64,000 nucleotides of DNA from NCBI GenBank assembly GCA_963702845.1, contig OY969763.1:2656001-2720000 (forward strand). Reading direction: 5' to 3'. The notes beneath the pieces were generated by a model that searched no databases, was not told the origin of the DNA, and worked only from the letters and a program-made list of their open reading frames with translations. The number at the start of each line of letters is the position of its first letter. The first letter of the stretch is position 1. Positions 18,446 to 28,910 of this stretch are shown here, in pieces. Origin of the DNA: an uncultured Verrucomicrobiae bacterium (GTDB lineage: Bacteria > Verrucomicrobiota > Verrucomicrobiia > Limisphaerales > Palsa-1400). Both the position numbers and the translations under genes were made by a program.

Positions 18446-21015
18446 GCGTTTACATTAATCGCGGGCAATTCGATCCAAAACGTGCTGCCAGTGCCGGGCG
18501 CTGATTGCACCCCGAGAGTGCCGTTCATGCGTTCAACAGCTTTGCGAACAATGGCCAAGCCCACGCCTGTGCCTTCGTAAGGCAAATCAGGATGAACGCG
18601 TTCGAACATGTTGAACAAGCGGTGTTGGTATTGCGGCGGGATGCCGATGCCGTTATCCCGAACATGCAAACGAACCTGCCCTCCACGCTGCTCTGTCCAG
18701 ACTTTCACTTCTGGCGTAACACCCGCAGGCACAAACTTGACCGCATTGCTCAAGAGATTGGAGATGACCTGCGTTAGGGACGGTTCGTGCCCAGTGACAT
18801 CGGCTAACGACTCGATGGCCAACACTGCGCGAGGCGACTGCATTTCCGGATAATGCCGGACGATTTCACGAACGAGCTTGTCCAAGGCAACCCGTTCCAT
18901 CGTGTGATCACCGCGCGCGATGCGGCTAAAGCTCAACACGTCCAAGATCATTTTGTCGAGCCGCGTGGCGTTCAGCGCCAAGCGCTTGAGATAACCAACA
19001 CCCTCCACCGACAAAGCGTCAGCGTAATCTTCAAGCAGCGCCTGCGAATAGACCTGCATCGCACGTAACGGCGCGCGCAAATCGTGCGAGATGGTGTAGG
19101 AAAACTCCTCCATCTGCTGGACCGCTTCTTGCAAAGAAGCGGTGCGCTCGTACACGAGACGTTCCAATTTCTGCTCGGCTTTCTGACGTTGGATCGCAAA
19201 CGCGACCTGCGTCGCCATCGTTTGGGCAGGTCGAATTTCCGGAGGTGTAAACGTATGCGGCGAGTTGTAATAGACCATGAACTTGCCGACCAACTTGCCT
19301 TCGTAGGTAATTGGAATAAACGCCAGCGCGCGAATGCCCTCCTTATTGATTACCTGCCGTAAATGCTCATCGAGCGGAACGGAGGCAAGATCGTCGATGC
19401 AAACAGGCTGAGGATCCGGGTCGTCCATCTTCCACGGTGAATGACCTTCGACAGCGCGTTGATACGCTTCTGATAAACCACGCGAACTTTTGAAGCGCAT
19501 CACTCCTTTATCGTCGTAAACTAAAACGGAACTTCGGTCCGCCAATTGCGCACGCTTGACCGCATCCACGGACGCTTCGAAAATATCAGAGATATCGGCG
19601 GCGCGATTGACGCGCATCGCCAGTTCGTAAATGGCACGTTCCTGGGTTTCGCGGCGTCTACGCTCAGAGATGTCGCGCACTATTTTGGAGGCACCGACAA
19701 TCGTCTGAGAATCGTTGCGGATCGGAGAAACGCTGATCGAGACCTCGATCAGCTTGCCGTCTTTATGCCGACGAAGAGTCTCAAAACTCTCGACTCGCTC
19801 GCCGTTCAACACCTTTGCCATCAATTCCGGTTGTTCACCAGTGGTGTGATTTGGAATAATCGCCGAAATGCATTTGCCAACCATCTCGTCAGTGGCGTAA
19901 CCAAAAATACGCTCGGCGGCTTGATTCCAACTGATGATATTTCCCTGCAAATCTTCACTGATAATGGCATCTGCCGAATACTCGACAATCGCCGCCAACT
20001 GCCGCGACTCGTTTTCCGCGTGCATGCGCGCAGTGATGTCCAGGGCCGCGCCAGCAACCCCGATAATCCTGCGAGTATGATCGCGCCGCGCAACGATCGA
20101 CATGTCGTAGCATCGCGCTCCTCTTTTTAGCGAGGTCGTTATCTCGCGTCGTTGCGGAACGCCAGTGCGCAAGACTTCACGTTTCCACGACTCCAGCAAT
20201 TCACCTTCCGGTCCACCCTGGATTTCCGAGTCTGTCCGACCAAGCAACGTTGCGTGCTCCGGCTGTGGCGGATAAAGCCACGTGTAGCGCAAGTCGGCAT
20301 CCTGCTCATAGAGCGTAATGGCGTCACCACAAGCTGCCATCCGAAACCGCTCTTCATTGAGACGGTTGAGTTCCTGCAGATTTCGTAGATCAGCGACTTG
20401 CGTTTCGAGCGCCAGTTTGAGGTCGCGCAATTGGTCGGTGGACCTATGCCGGTCGCGCAAGTCTCTTTCAGCTTTCTCGCGCAACAAAGCCGAATTGAAC
20501 TCCTCCAGTCGCCGCGCCTCCTTCACCTGTGTCTCGAGTTGCGTTTGTAATTCCAAAAATTGGTCCGCCGACCGCTTCCGCTCGGTGACGTCACGAAAGA
20601 ATACCGATATCCCCTGCTCTGTTGCAGGACAAACGCGGAACTCAAACCAGCGTTTCGAAGTGCGATCGTAGCTCTCGAATTCGACAGAAACGCCGTCGCG
20701 CGCTACACGTCGATACGCTTCTTCAACGGGAGTGCCGATCAATTCCGGGTAGATTTCCCATAAGTTGAGCCCAACGAAAACCTTTTCACCAAGCAGCCCA
20801 CGCCCAGTCCTGTTGACGTAGATGATGCGCCAATCACGATCGATGGCAATAAAACCGTCGGTAACCGTTTCCAAAACGCCGGCGAGCGTTGCGTTGGAGG
20901 GCTGCTTAGCACCACCACGACTTGCGGACAAGTCATCGCGCCGGGGCTCGGGAGTTACTTTGATTTGGCGAAGGTCAGCCTGGATTATATTCACAGCTTC
21001 ATACTTCTTGCCCAC
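18442..21015 (-). CDS. Cytoplasmic PAS/PAS/PAS/GAF histidine kinase
   Basis: Several PAS-PAC units; 'TISHDLRAPLR', 'NLLSNAVKF', 'DNGIGI', 'GTGVGL'. Confidence 0.92.
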   Translation of the reverse strand: MGKKYEAVNIIQADLRQIKVTPEPRRDDLSASRGGAKQPSNATLAGVLETVTDGFIAIDRDWRIIYVNRTGRGLLGEKVFVGLNLWEIYPELIGTPVEEAYRRVARDGVSVEFESYDRTSKRWFEFRVCPATEQGISVFFRDVTERKRSADQFLELQTQLETQVKEARRLEEFNSALLREKAERDLRDRHRSTDQLRDLKLALETQVADLRNLQELNRLNEERFRMAACGDAITLYEQDADLRYTWLYPPQPEHATLLGRTDSEIQGGPEGELLESWKREVLRTGVPQRREITTSLKRGARCYDMSIVARRDHTRRIIGVAGAALDITARMHAENESRQLAAIVEYSADAIISEDLQGNIISWNQAAERIFGYATDEMVGKCISAIIPNHTTGEQPELMAKVLNGERVESFETLRRHKDGKLIEVSISVSPIRNDSQTIVGASKIVRDISERRRRETQERAIYELAMRVNRAADISDIFEASVDAVKRAQLADRSSVLVYDDKGVMRFKSSRGLSEAYQRAVEGHSPWKMDDPDPQPVCIDDLASVPLDEHLRQVINKEGIRALAFIPITYEGKLVGKFMVYYNSPHTFTPPEIRPAQTMATQVAFAIQRQKAEQKLERLVYERTASLQEAVQQMEEFSYTISHDLRAPLRAMQVYSQALLEDYADALSVEGVGYLKRLALNATRLDKMILDVLSFSRIARGDHTMERVALDKLVREIVRHYPEMQSPRAVLAIESLADVTGHEPSLTQVISNLLSNAVKFVPAGVTPEVKVWTEQRGGQVRLHVRDNGIGIPPQYQHRLFNMFERVHPDLPYEGTGVGLAIVRKAVERMNGTLGVQSAPGTGSTFWIELPAINVNA

Positions 21016-21163
21016 GGGACATCGCTATATACGACCTCCAGCATAGCACCGTGAAGGATGTCATACCTAAATCGGAGCGCAAATCGGGCAAAAACCGGAT
21101 GGTTCTTTAGGGGAAACCTCGACCCCACTGAATTTGTCTTCAAACTTTGCGTTTGCACTTTGA

Positions 21164-22546
21164 ATGCTTGACTCTAACGTTGCTGTGGTGAGTCATACGG
21201 TTTCCAGGTTCAAAAAATTTCAGCAATCGCTTCACGCCTTTCTCAACCCAAGCGCCGGTTACGACGAAGCCGAGCACGGCAAACTCGAAAAATTTATCCA
21301 CTTCTGGGCTCTGGTCGGTCGCACCTTCGTCGCAAACCGTTGCCTCATCCGCGCCTCCGCTCTCGCCTACACCACGCTGCTTTCCGTCATTCCGTTGCTG
21401 GCGGTCGGGTTGAGCTTTGTCAGCAGCTTTGCCAAAAGCGACATGACCCGAGTTGACCAATGGATCAAAAGCGCCGTTAATCGCTTCGCACCTCAAATTG
21501 GGCTTGTCCCCGCAACTGGCGAAGTGGATGCCCAACAAAAAGTACTCGACTACGTCCACCATGCGATGGATGCCGTCAACAATGGCACGCTCAAAACCGC
21601 CTCCATTATCGCACTGCTCTTCGTCGGGATTTCACTGCTCAGCAACATTGAAGCAACCTTGAACGACATCTGGGGCGTGCAGCGCGGACGAAGTTGGTTT
21701 TCGCGCGTCGTCCTTTACTGGGCCGCGATTACCCTCGTCCCGTTGCTGCTACTGCTGGCTATCGGCTTGAGCGCCGGGCCGTATTTCCGGGCGACACAAG
21801 ACATTATCGATAGAACTCCATTACTCGGCAATTTTCTCTACTCGGTCCTGCCCGTCATCGTCCTTATCCTCACATTCTCATTATTCTACATTTTGATGCC
21901 CAACACCCGAGTCAGGCCCGACGCCGCGTTGATCGGTGGAATCCTGGCCGGAATTCTTGTGCACTTAAACCATCGCTTCAGTTCGTTATACCTCGGCCAA
22001 GTCGTCTCAAGCACAAACCTCTATGGCAGCCTAGCTGTGTTGCCGTTGTTCCTTGTCGGCCTCTACTTCTCGTGGGTGATCGTGCTGTTCGGCGCACAAG
22101 TCTCCTACGCATGGCAAAACCGCCGCCGCTATTTCCAGGAACGCATGACCGAAAACATCAACCAACGCGGTCGCGAATTCGTTGCGTTGCGGGTCATGAC
22201 CTTTATCGGCCAGCGCTTTTATAATGGCACAACCCCACCGACACTTTTGGAAATCTCCGAAATCCTTGCGGTGCCAAGCAAACTCCTCCAAAAAGTCATT
22301 GAACCTTTGATCCAAACTGGCCTGATTTTCGAAACCGCCGGAAAAGAAACCGCCTATGCTCCCGGCCGGCCGCTCGCACAAATCAGTTACGATAACGTGA
22401 TGCAGGCCATGCGCTGTGGCATCGGCCAGGAAGTCCCCACGCGCGACGATTCCAACTGCGCAATTGTCCGACGTGAAATGGAAAAGATTGAAACCGCCCG
22501 CAGCTCCGTCGCGGGTGAGATTACATTAGACAAGCTTGTGCAGTGA
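21164..22546 (+). CDS. YihY/BrkB family membrane protein with C-terminal Rrf2-like HTH
   Basis: 'RASALAYTTLLSVIPLL', 'IEATLNDIWGV', 'LYGSLAVLPLFL...SWVIVLFGAQ'; C-terminal winged-helix-like segment. Confidence 0.88.
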   Translation: MLDSNVAVVSHTVSRFKKFQQSLHAFLNPSAGYDEAEHGKLEKFIHFWALVGRTFVANRCLIRASALAYTTLLSVIPLLAVGLSFVSSFAKSDMTRVDQWIKSAVNRFAPQIGLVPATGEVDAQQKVLDYVHHAMDAVNNGTLKTASIIALLFVGISLLSNIEATLNDIWGVQRGRSWFSRVVLYWAAITLVPLLLLLAIGLSAGPYFRATQDIIDRTPLLGNFLYSVLPVIVLILTFSLFYILMPNTRVRPDAALIGGILAGILVHLNHRFSSLYLGQVVSSTNLYGSLAVLPLFLVGLYFSWVIVLFGAQVSYAWQNRRRYFQERMTENINQRGREFVALRVMTFIGQRFYNGTTPPTLLEISEILAVPSKLLQKVIEPLIQTGLIFETAGKETAYAPGRPLAQISYDNVMQAMRCGIGQEVPTRDDSNCAIVRREMEKIETARSSVAGEITLDKLVQ

Positions 22547-22575
22547 CTTGAGTCAAAATTTGCATTCGATTTTTT

Positions 22576-22612
22576 ACTTCAGCCTTTAACCTACAACCTT
22601 TAGCCTTCAGCC
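22576..22612. repeat. 7-nt-period tandem array upstream of ald
   Basis: cttcagc-ctttaac-ctacaac-ctttagc-cttcagc. Confidence 0.7.
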
Positions 22613-22618
22613 AAACTT

Positions 22619-23719
22619 ATGATTATTGGTGTTCCGAAAGAAATTAAGATTCAGGAATTTCGCGTTGCGCTGCTTCCCTCCGCGGCTTATCAACTCGTCA
22701 AACGCGGTCATCAAGTGATAGTGGAAAAAAACGCCGGCGCGGGTATCGGCTATCTTGATTCCGAATACGAAAAGGCCGGCGCAAAAATTGTCGCCGATCA
22801 TAAAGAAATTTTTGCGAAAGCCGATTTGGTCGTCAAAGTCAAAGAGCCGCAGGAAACGGAAATTCCCCTGCTTCGCCCCGGCCAAATCCTTTTCACTTAC
22901 CTCCACCTCGCCGCCGACCGCGACCTGACCGAAGGCCTGATGAAATCCGGCGTCACCGGCATCGCCTATGAAACGGTCGAAGTCAATCGTCGCTTGCCCT
23001 TGCTTGAGCCGATGAGCGAAATCGCCGGACGCATGAGTATTTTGGTGGGCGGATATTTTCTGGCCAAACATCACGGCGGCAGCGGAGTCCTTCTCGGCGG
23101 CGTTCCCGGAGTTTTGCCCGGTCGCGTGGTCGTGTTAGGCGGCGGTTCATCCGGCATCAACGCCGCGCGCATGGCGCAAGGTTTGGGAGCTGACGTCACG
23201 ATTCTCGAAGTTGACCTGGAACGCATGCGCTTCCTCGATATCACGCTCCATACCGCGCACACGCTTTACTCGAACGAAGCGCACCTTGTTGATTTGCTTC
23301 CGACCGTTGATTTGCTGATCGGCGCTGTCCTCGTGCCCGGAGCGAAAGCTCCCAAGCTCATCAACCGCGAGATGCTTCGCAAAATGCGTCCCGGCAGCGT
23401 GCTTGTGGATATTGCGATCGATCAAGGTGGTTGTGCAGAAACTTCGCGTCCGACAACCCACGATCATCCTGTATACGTCGAAGAAGGCGTGACTCACTAT
23501 TGCGTCGCGAACATGCCCGGTGCTTACGCCCGGACTGCGACGCAAGCGCTGACCAATGTCACGTTTCGCTATATCGAAATGCTCGCTGACCTTGGCTTGA
23601 AAGAAGCCTGTCAAAAACAACCTGCCCTCATCGGCGGAATCAATGTCATGGGCGGCAAGCTCACGCATAAAGCCGTCGCCGAAGCGCACGGCATGCCATA
23701 CCAGGCGCCGACAGTCTAG
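22619..23719 (+). CDS. ald: Alanine dehydrogenase
   Basis: '[10 protein letters not shown]', 'FTYLHLA', '[13 protein letters not shown]', '[10 protein letters not shown]', '[10 protein letters not shown]'. Confidence 0.97.
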   Translation: MIIGVPKEIKIQEFRVALLPSAAYQLVKRGHQVIVEKNAGAGIGYLDSEYEKAGAKIVADHKEIFAKADLVVKVKEPQETEIPLLRPGQILFTYLHLAADRDLTEGLMKSGVTGIAYETVEVNRRLPLLEPMSEIAGRMSILVGGYFLAKHHGGSGVLLGGVPGVLPGRVVVLGGGSSGINAARMAQGLGADVTILEVDLERMRFLDITLHTAHTLYSNEAHLVDLLPTVDLLIGAVLVPGAKAPKLINREMLRKMRPGSVLVDIAIDQGGCAETSRPTTHDHPVYVEEGVTHYCVANMPGAYARTATQALTNVTFRYIEMLADLGLKEACQKQPALIGGINVMGGKLTHKAVAEAHGMPYQAPTV

Positions 23720-23786
23720 AATCGCACGAAACCCTTCGAGGCCGCCATGCGAACCCGCCGTTCGGCTCCGCTGGCGCTTTTTTATT

Positions 23787-24677
23787 TTAGCGCTTCAGGT
23801 AGCGGTCGAACCAGTCAGCAATAGTCTGCACCAATTCGTCGCGCGAAGGTTCGATGTTTGGGGTTGCCAACCCGTGGGTCCCATTATTCACCATGATCAG
23901 TCGACTGGGAACGCCAGCGGCTTTTAGTTTGTCGTAGAAAACTTGCGCCTGATTCGAGTGCACCAGCTCATCGCGTTCGCCGTGAATAATCAGCGTTGGC
24001 GCTGAGTGTTTACTCACGTATGTGATGGGGCTCGCCTGTTCCAGCAACGCATGGGTGGTCATTCCATTCTTCTCCAAATCCGCACCGAAAACAATTCCTG
24101 CGCGCTGCACATGTTGGCTTTCGCTGACCAACAACGGAATATCTGACGGCCCAAACATATCTACCACTGCCTGCAAACTGCTGGATTGCTTTTCATAATG
24201 CTCGCCCTCGAGCTTCGCCTTTTTATCAGTCGTTCCGAGCATCGCGACCAAATGTCCTCCGGCACTCGTTCCCCACGCTCCGATGTGTTTCGGATCGATC
24301 TGATACTTCTTCGCGTTCGCGCGCAAAAAGCGAATTGAACATTTCACATCATTCATGAACAACGGCCATTTATATTCAGGCGCGAGACGGTAATCGACGG
24401 ATGCGACGATGTAGCCGCGTTTGTTCAACTCGCCTCGCACGGAATTCAACCAGACTCCGCCTGCCTTGCTCCCCTTTTGCCAACCGCCACCATGCACAAA
24501 TACTGCCAGCGGCGCCGGCTTGTCGGACTGTTTGTCCGGCAGATATAAATCCAACTTCAGCACCACACCTGAATTCGTGCAGTAAGGCACATCGCGCAGC
24601 ACTTCAGCCTTCGCGGTGAACGATGCGAACAGTGCAAAAGCGAAACTTAACAAGAACCTCAAAAAACATTTTGGCAT
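23787..24677 (-). CDS. Secreted alpha/beta hydrolase (esterase/lipase)
   Basis: Signal peptide; HGGGW, GTSAGG nucleophile elbow, 'HGERDELV', catalytic His in 'GTHG'. Confidence 0.9.
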   Translation of the reverse strand: MPKCFLRFLLSFAFALFASFTAKAEVLRDVPYCTNSGVVLKLDLYLPDKQSDKPAPLAVFVHGGGWQKGSKAGGVWLNSVRGELNKRGYIVASVDYRLAPEYKWPLFMNDVKCSIRFLRANAKKYQIDPKHIGAWGTSAGGHLVAMLGTTDKKAKLEGEHYEKQSSSLQAVVDMFGPSDIPLLVSESQHVQRAGIVFGADLEKNGMTTHALLEQASPITYVSKHSAPTLIIHGERDELVHSNQAQVFYDKLKAAGVPSRLIMVNNGTHGLATPNIEPSRDELVQTIADWFDRYLKR

Positions 24678-25014
24678 ACGTCAGTTGGACGAATCTCACC
24701 GTGGCAAGGTTAACGACCGCACTGTATACTTTTGCGCACGCTGGGCATTTATGTTGCCCGGACTGTTGCGGAGAAATCGCTGAATACGCGAATTGCCCAC
24801 TCGTTAAAATTGATTTGTCACAAGAACTTCACGTCACCGCTCTTCAAACGACTAACCACGTCGGTAGATTACGAGTGTTATTAAATTTCTGATAAAAGAA
24901 TGGTCGCCACATGGCGTAAATTCTGCTTGTCATGGTTCGCTGCCAAATCCCGGCAGGACCCCCACTTTCGTCTAAAGTGGCGTCCTGTACGAAAGCGGCA
25001 GACAAATAAAAAAT

Positions 25015-25932
25015 ATGAAAACCGGTTACCTGATCGACATGGACGGAGTCATTTACCGGGAAAACCAACTTATTCCGCAAGCTGCGGAATTTGTGCAGGT
25101 CCTGTTGGCGACCAGCACGCCGTTTCTTTTTGTCACCAACAATTCCGCGCCAACACCTGATGACCTTGCCGTTCGTCTGCGCCACCTCGGAATTCAAGGC
25201 GTGACCGCGCGGCATTTCTACACCTCCGCTCTGAACACCGCCGATTTCCTCAGTGAAACCGATCCCGGCTGCACCGTGTTCGTCGTTGGCGAAGGCGGCC
25301 TGCTAGCGGCGCTGCACGAAAGATCGATCCCCAGCGATTCCATTCGCCCCCGCTACGTCGTCGTCGGAGAAGGATCCCCCACGACCGAGCGCCTGACCAA
25401 AGCCCACGAATGCATCGAACGCGGCGCGGGTTTGCTCGCAACCAATCCCGATAATTGGTGTCCCGTCGGCCCGGAAAAAACCCGTCCCGGCACGGGCGCG
25501 ACGGCAGCCTTTCTCGAGGCCAGCACCGGCCGCCGCGCATATTACGTCGGCAAACCAAATGGCTATATGTTTCACCGCGCCTGCCGCAAGCTCACCGAAA
25601 TCAGCCTCGTCAAACCCGACCACATCGTGATGATTGGCGACACCATGGAAACCGACATTCGCGGCGCGTTCGAATCGGGAATGCAATCCTATCTCGTCCT
25701 AAGTGGATCGACGCGGCTCGAAGACGTCGGTGATTACGTCTATCAGCCGACCCGCGTTCTGCAAAGCGTCGCCGACCTCGTGGACGAAATAAAAACCGGC
25801 AAGCCAAGCGATCGCTTGAACAGTCCGGCCTTTTCCCGAGGACATTCCGACGCCCTAAAACCCGGGCACCGTCATCAAACCGACATCTTCGCCCTGCACA
25901 AACCTCGACCGCGCCCGGCCATGACAAAGTAA
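25015..25932 (+). CDS. nagD: HAD-IIA family hydrolase (NagD-like)
   Basis: 'IDMDGVIY', 'TNNS', 'GKP', 'IGDTMETDI'. Confidence 0.88.
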   Translation: MKTGYLIDMDGVIYRENQLIPQAAEFVQVLLATSTPFLFVTNNSAPTPDDLAVRLRHLGIQGVTARHFYTSALNTADFLSETDPGCTVFVVGEGGLLAALHERSIPSDSIRPRYVVVGEGSPTTERLTKAHECIERGAGLLATNPDNWCPVGPEKTRPGTGATAAFLEASTGRRAYYVGKPNGYMFHRACRKLTEISLVKPDHIVMIGDTMETDIRGAFESGMQSYLVLSGSTRLEDVGDYVYQPTRVLQSVADLVDEIKTGKPSDRLNSPAFSRGHSDALKPGHRHQTDIFALHKPRPRPAMTK

Positions 25933-25944
25933 GCTACGTCCGAG

Positions 25945-26346
25945 TCAATGTTTGAAGTAATCGCTGAACGGCTGGAGCACTTTCAATCTGATCAGCACCA
26001 CAATCAGCAGCGTGTAGACCAACGAAGTCCCGATATCGCGCAGGAAATCTCTTCCTGAGTATTTCTTATCTTCTTTGCTAACGATCTTCGCACCGCCTTT
26101 GTGCATCAACACAAATCCCGCCACGTTCGTCAGCCAATAACCAACCACCACCGCTGGTTCAAATGCTGGTTTGTAAACAAGGCTGATCACCCACCCAAAA
26201 GCTATCGCCAGCGGCAAATTCACAAACGCATCATTCCACCACGACAACGGAGATAACATGAAGCCGACCATTCCCAGCACACTTCCCCAAACACGACGTT
26301 TGGTGACGAGTTTTCCTTTTCTGGATTGGTCGGTATCGGCAGACAC
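25945..26346 (-). CDS. Hypothetical membrane protein
   Basis: 133 aa, about 4 TM segments; 'GFMLSPLSWWNDAFVNLPLA'. Confidence 0.75.
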   Translation of the reverse strand: MSADTDQSRKGKLVTKRRVWGSVLGMVGFMLSPLSWWNDAFVNLPLAIAFGWVISLVYKPAFEPAVVVGYWLTNVAGFVLMHKGGAKIVSKEDKKYSGRDFLRDIGTSLVYTLLIVVLIRLKVLQPFSDYFKH

Positions 26347-26396
26347 TCAAAAATAATAATTTGACTGGCGGCATAGAACCAGCTAACAGTTCTGGC

Positions 26397-26468
26397 GTGA
26401 GTTATCTGTTAAACATTCGACTGTCGCTAAATGCGCTGCTGCTAAGCCGCGCGGCGGGTCGGGTTTAA
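26397..26468 (+). CDS. Leucine-rich attenuator leader peptide
   Basis: GTG start; MSYLLNIRLSLNALLLSRAAGRV* (7 Leu in 23 aa, including an LLL run); directly upstream of a terminator and leuA. Confidence 0.8.
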   Translation: MSYLLNIRLSLNALLLSRAAGRV

Positions 26469-26493
26469 TTTTCGCTCACCACGAACAATTTCC

Positions 26494-26535
26494 AAACCTC
26501 ATCCTGACCGCAAGTCGGGATGAGGTTTTTGTTTT
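26494..26535 (+). terminator. Attenuator terminator before leuA
   Basis: aaacctcatcctgac-cgcaa-gtcgggatgaggttt followed by ttgtttt. Confidence 0.85.
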
Positions 26536-26576
26536 GTTCGAATAGCACCTGAAGTAAAAGAACTGAAAGTAACTGT

Positions 26577-28151
26577 ATGAAAAACGATCGCATTGTCATT
26601 TTTGACACCACGTTGCGCGATGGCGAGCAATGCCCTGGCGCTTCAATGAATTTGCGCGAGAAACTCGAAATCGCGCGCCAGCTCGCGCGACTGAATGTCG
26701 ATGTGATCGAAGCCGGCTTCCCCGTCATCAGCGATGGCGACTTTGAGGCGGTCCAAACGATCGCCAAAGATATAAAAGGCCCGATCATCTGTGGTCTCGC
26801 GCGTTGCGTGCCGAAGGACATCGACGCCGCCGGTAAAGCTGTCGCACCCGCCGGCAAGCGCGGTCGTATCCACGTCTTTCTCGCCACGTCGAAAATCCAT
26901 CGCGAATTCAAACTCGGCAAAGCACAACACGAAATCGTGCGCTTGGCCGTCGATGGCGTGAAGCGCGCGAAAAGTTTCACAAATGACGTCGAGTTCTCGC
27001 CCGAGGACGGTTCGCGCACTGAACCCGATTTCCTCGTCGAAGTTTGCAAAGCGGTGGTCGCCGCCGGTGCCACGACCGTGAATATTCCGGACACCGTCGG
27101 CTGGGCGGTGCCCGATCAATACGGCGCATTGATCAAACATTTGCACGATTCAGTTCCAGAATTCCGTTCCGGCAAAGCCATTATCAGCGTGCATTGCCAT
27201 AATGACTTGGGCTTGGCTGTCGCGAATTCCATAGCGGCCATTCGCAACGGCGCGCGCCAGGTCGAGTGCACAATCAACGGCATCGGCGAACGCGCCGGTA
27301 ACGCTGCCCTCGAAGAAATCGTTATGGTGCTCAAAACGCGCAGCGACGCAGTGGGCAAATACGATTGCGGCATCAAGACGCGAGAGATAGTCAAAGCCTC
27401 TCGCCTCGTCGCTCGCATGAGCGGCCTCACGGTCCAACGCAGCAAAGCCGTCGTCGGCGAAAACGCCTTCGCGCATTCCAGCGGCATTCACCAGGATGGC
27501 ATTCTCAAAAAACGCGAAACCTACGAGATCATGGATCCCCAGGAGGTCGGCTGGGGCAAGACCGAATTGCCTTTGACCAAACACAGCGGTCGGGCGGCTG
27601 TGGCAGCGCGCTTGAAACATCTCGGCTTCAAAATGACCGAGACTGACCTCGCCGCCATCTTTGCGCGGTTCAAAGAAATCGGTGACAAAAAGAAATTCGT
27701 CTACGACGACGATTTGACCGCGCTTGTCGAAGGTCACATCACGGAAGTGCCCGAAACATGGTCGCTCGAATATCTCAACGTCACCTCCGGCAACGCCACT
27801 GTTCCCACGGCCACCGTGCGTTTGCGCAAAGTCGCCGGCAAGAAAGACACCCAAACCGTCTTGCAAGACGCCGGTATTGGCGACGGCCCGGTTGATGCCT
27901 CGTTGAAAGCGATTGATCGCCTCACCAAAACGCGCGGCAAACTCATGGACTACTCCCTGCGCGCGGTATCGCAAGGCAAAGACGCCTTGGGCGAAGTCGC
28001 CGTAAAAGTTGATTTTGGCGACGGCGAAATCGTCACTGGCAAAGGCGCGAGCACCGACGTCATCGAAGCGAGCGCACGCGCCTATTTGAACGCTGTGAAC
28101 CGGTTCCTTTGCGACGGCACTGCAAAAAAGGGTAAGCAAACACAACCGTAA
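26577..28151 (+). CDS. leuA: 2-isopropylmalate synthase
   Basis: '[11 protein letters not shown]', '[12 protein letters not shown]', 'GIGERAGN', 'HSSGIHQDG'; C-terminal regulatory domain. Confidence 0.97.
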   Translation: MKNDRIVIFDTTLRDGEQCPGASMNLREKLEIARQLARLNVDVIEAGFPVISDGDFEAVQTIAKDIKGPIICGLARCVPKDIDAAGKAVAPAGKRGRIHVFLATSKIHREFKLGKAQHEIVRLAVDGVKRAKSFTNDVEFSPEDGSRTEPDFLVEVCKAVVAAGATTVNIPDTVGWAVPDQYGALIKHLHDSVPEFRSGKAIISVHCHNDLGLAVANSIAAIRNGARQVECTINGIGERAGNAALEEIVMVLKTRSDAVGKYDCGIKTREIVKASRLVARMSGLTVQRSKAVVGENAFAHSSGIHQDGILKKRETYEIMDPQEVGWGKTELPLTKHSGRAAVAARLKHLGFKMTETDLAAIFARFKEIGDKKKFVYDDDLTALVEGHITEVPETWSLEYLNVTSGNATVPTATVRLRKVAGKKDTQTVLQDAGIGDGPVDASLKAIDRLTKTRGKLMDYSLRAVSQGKDALGEVAVKVDFGDGEIVTGKGASTDVIEASARAYLNAVNRFLCDGTAKKGKQTQP

Positions 28152-28184
28152 CCATTCGTCGGGTTAATCAAATTACAAACTGAT

Positions 28185-28215
28185 GGAGTGGGGGCAAATC
28201 GCTCCCACTCCTTTT
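28185..28215 (+). terminator. Rho-independent terminator after leuA
   Basis: ggagtgggggc-aaatc-gctcccactcc-tttt. Confidence 0.8.
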
Positions 28216-28359
28216 AAGCGTTGGAATTCAACCGCGCGAAGATTTGAAGCCGGGTAATGCTTGCGAGGTTCATGCCAATACCTCTGGGGAAAATCAACAA
28301 AGCCATCCGCTTGTCGGCTGCATCAACCGGCATTTAGGTTTTACCAATCCCGCATCTAC

Positions 28360-28800
28360 TCAACGCCCTGCCAGATAACTCTCCATCTGGTCGAGTGCCG
28401 CGCTTTGCATCGAGATGGTCCAATTCACGAGGTCGCCGATCGAAATAATTCCGACCAACTTCTCGTCCTGGCACACCGGCAGATGTCGAATGCGGTGCTC
28501 GGTCATTAATCGCATGGATTCTTCGACGGAGGTGTCCGAGGTCACGAAGATCACGTCCGTGCTGAGAATTTCTCGCACGCGCGTGTCCTTCGATGACTTG
28601 CCGGCCAACGCAATCTTACGCGTGTAATCGCGCTCGGAGAAGATGCCGATAACTTTGTCGTTTTCGATAACCGGCAGAGCGCCAATGTTTTTCTGAGCCA
28701 ACAATTGAATGGCTTCGAACACGGTCTTGTCAGGCGAGATGGACCAAACCTGAGGGCCTTTGTGATGCAAAATGGAATCGATTGTACCGATTGTTTGCAT
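28360..28800 (-). CDS. CBS domain pair protein
   Basis: 'NIGALPV...GIFSERDY', 'RIRHLPV...GIISIGDLV'. Confidence 0.92.
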   Translation of the reverse strand: MQTIGTIDSILHHKGPQVWSISPDKTVFEAIQLLAQKNIGALPVIENDKVIGIFSERDYTRKIALAGKSSKDTRVREILSTDVIFVTSDTSVEESMRLMTEHRIRHLPVCQDEKLVGIISIGDLVNWTISMQSAALDQMESYLAGR

Positions 28801-28910
28801 GGATCAGAGCGACTATAGCACTCGCGGTGCCGATGGGTAGTGAAAACTTCTCAGGGAAACCCTGCCATTTTTATGGGAACAAAACAAAAAATTGTTCATC
28901 ATACCTCTGC

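Noticed and set aside
27150..28145. 331-aa minus-strand ORF and similar long antisense ORFs (41504-42451, 9891-10631, 16830-17552)
   Set aside because: They lie opposite well-supported genes (leuA, sorA, ftsK and others), as expected from codon bias in GC-rich DNA.
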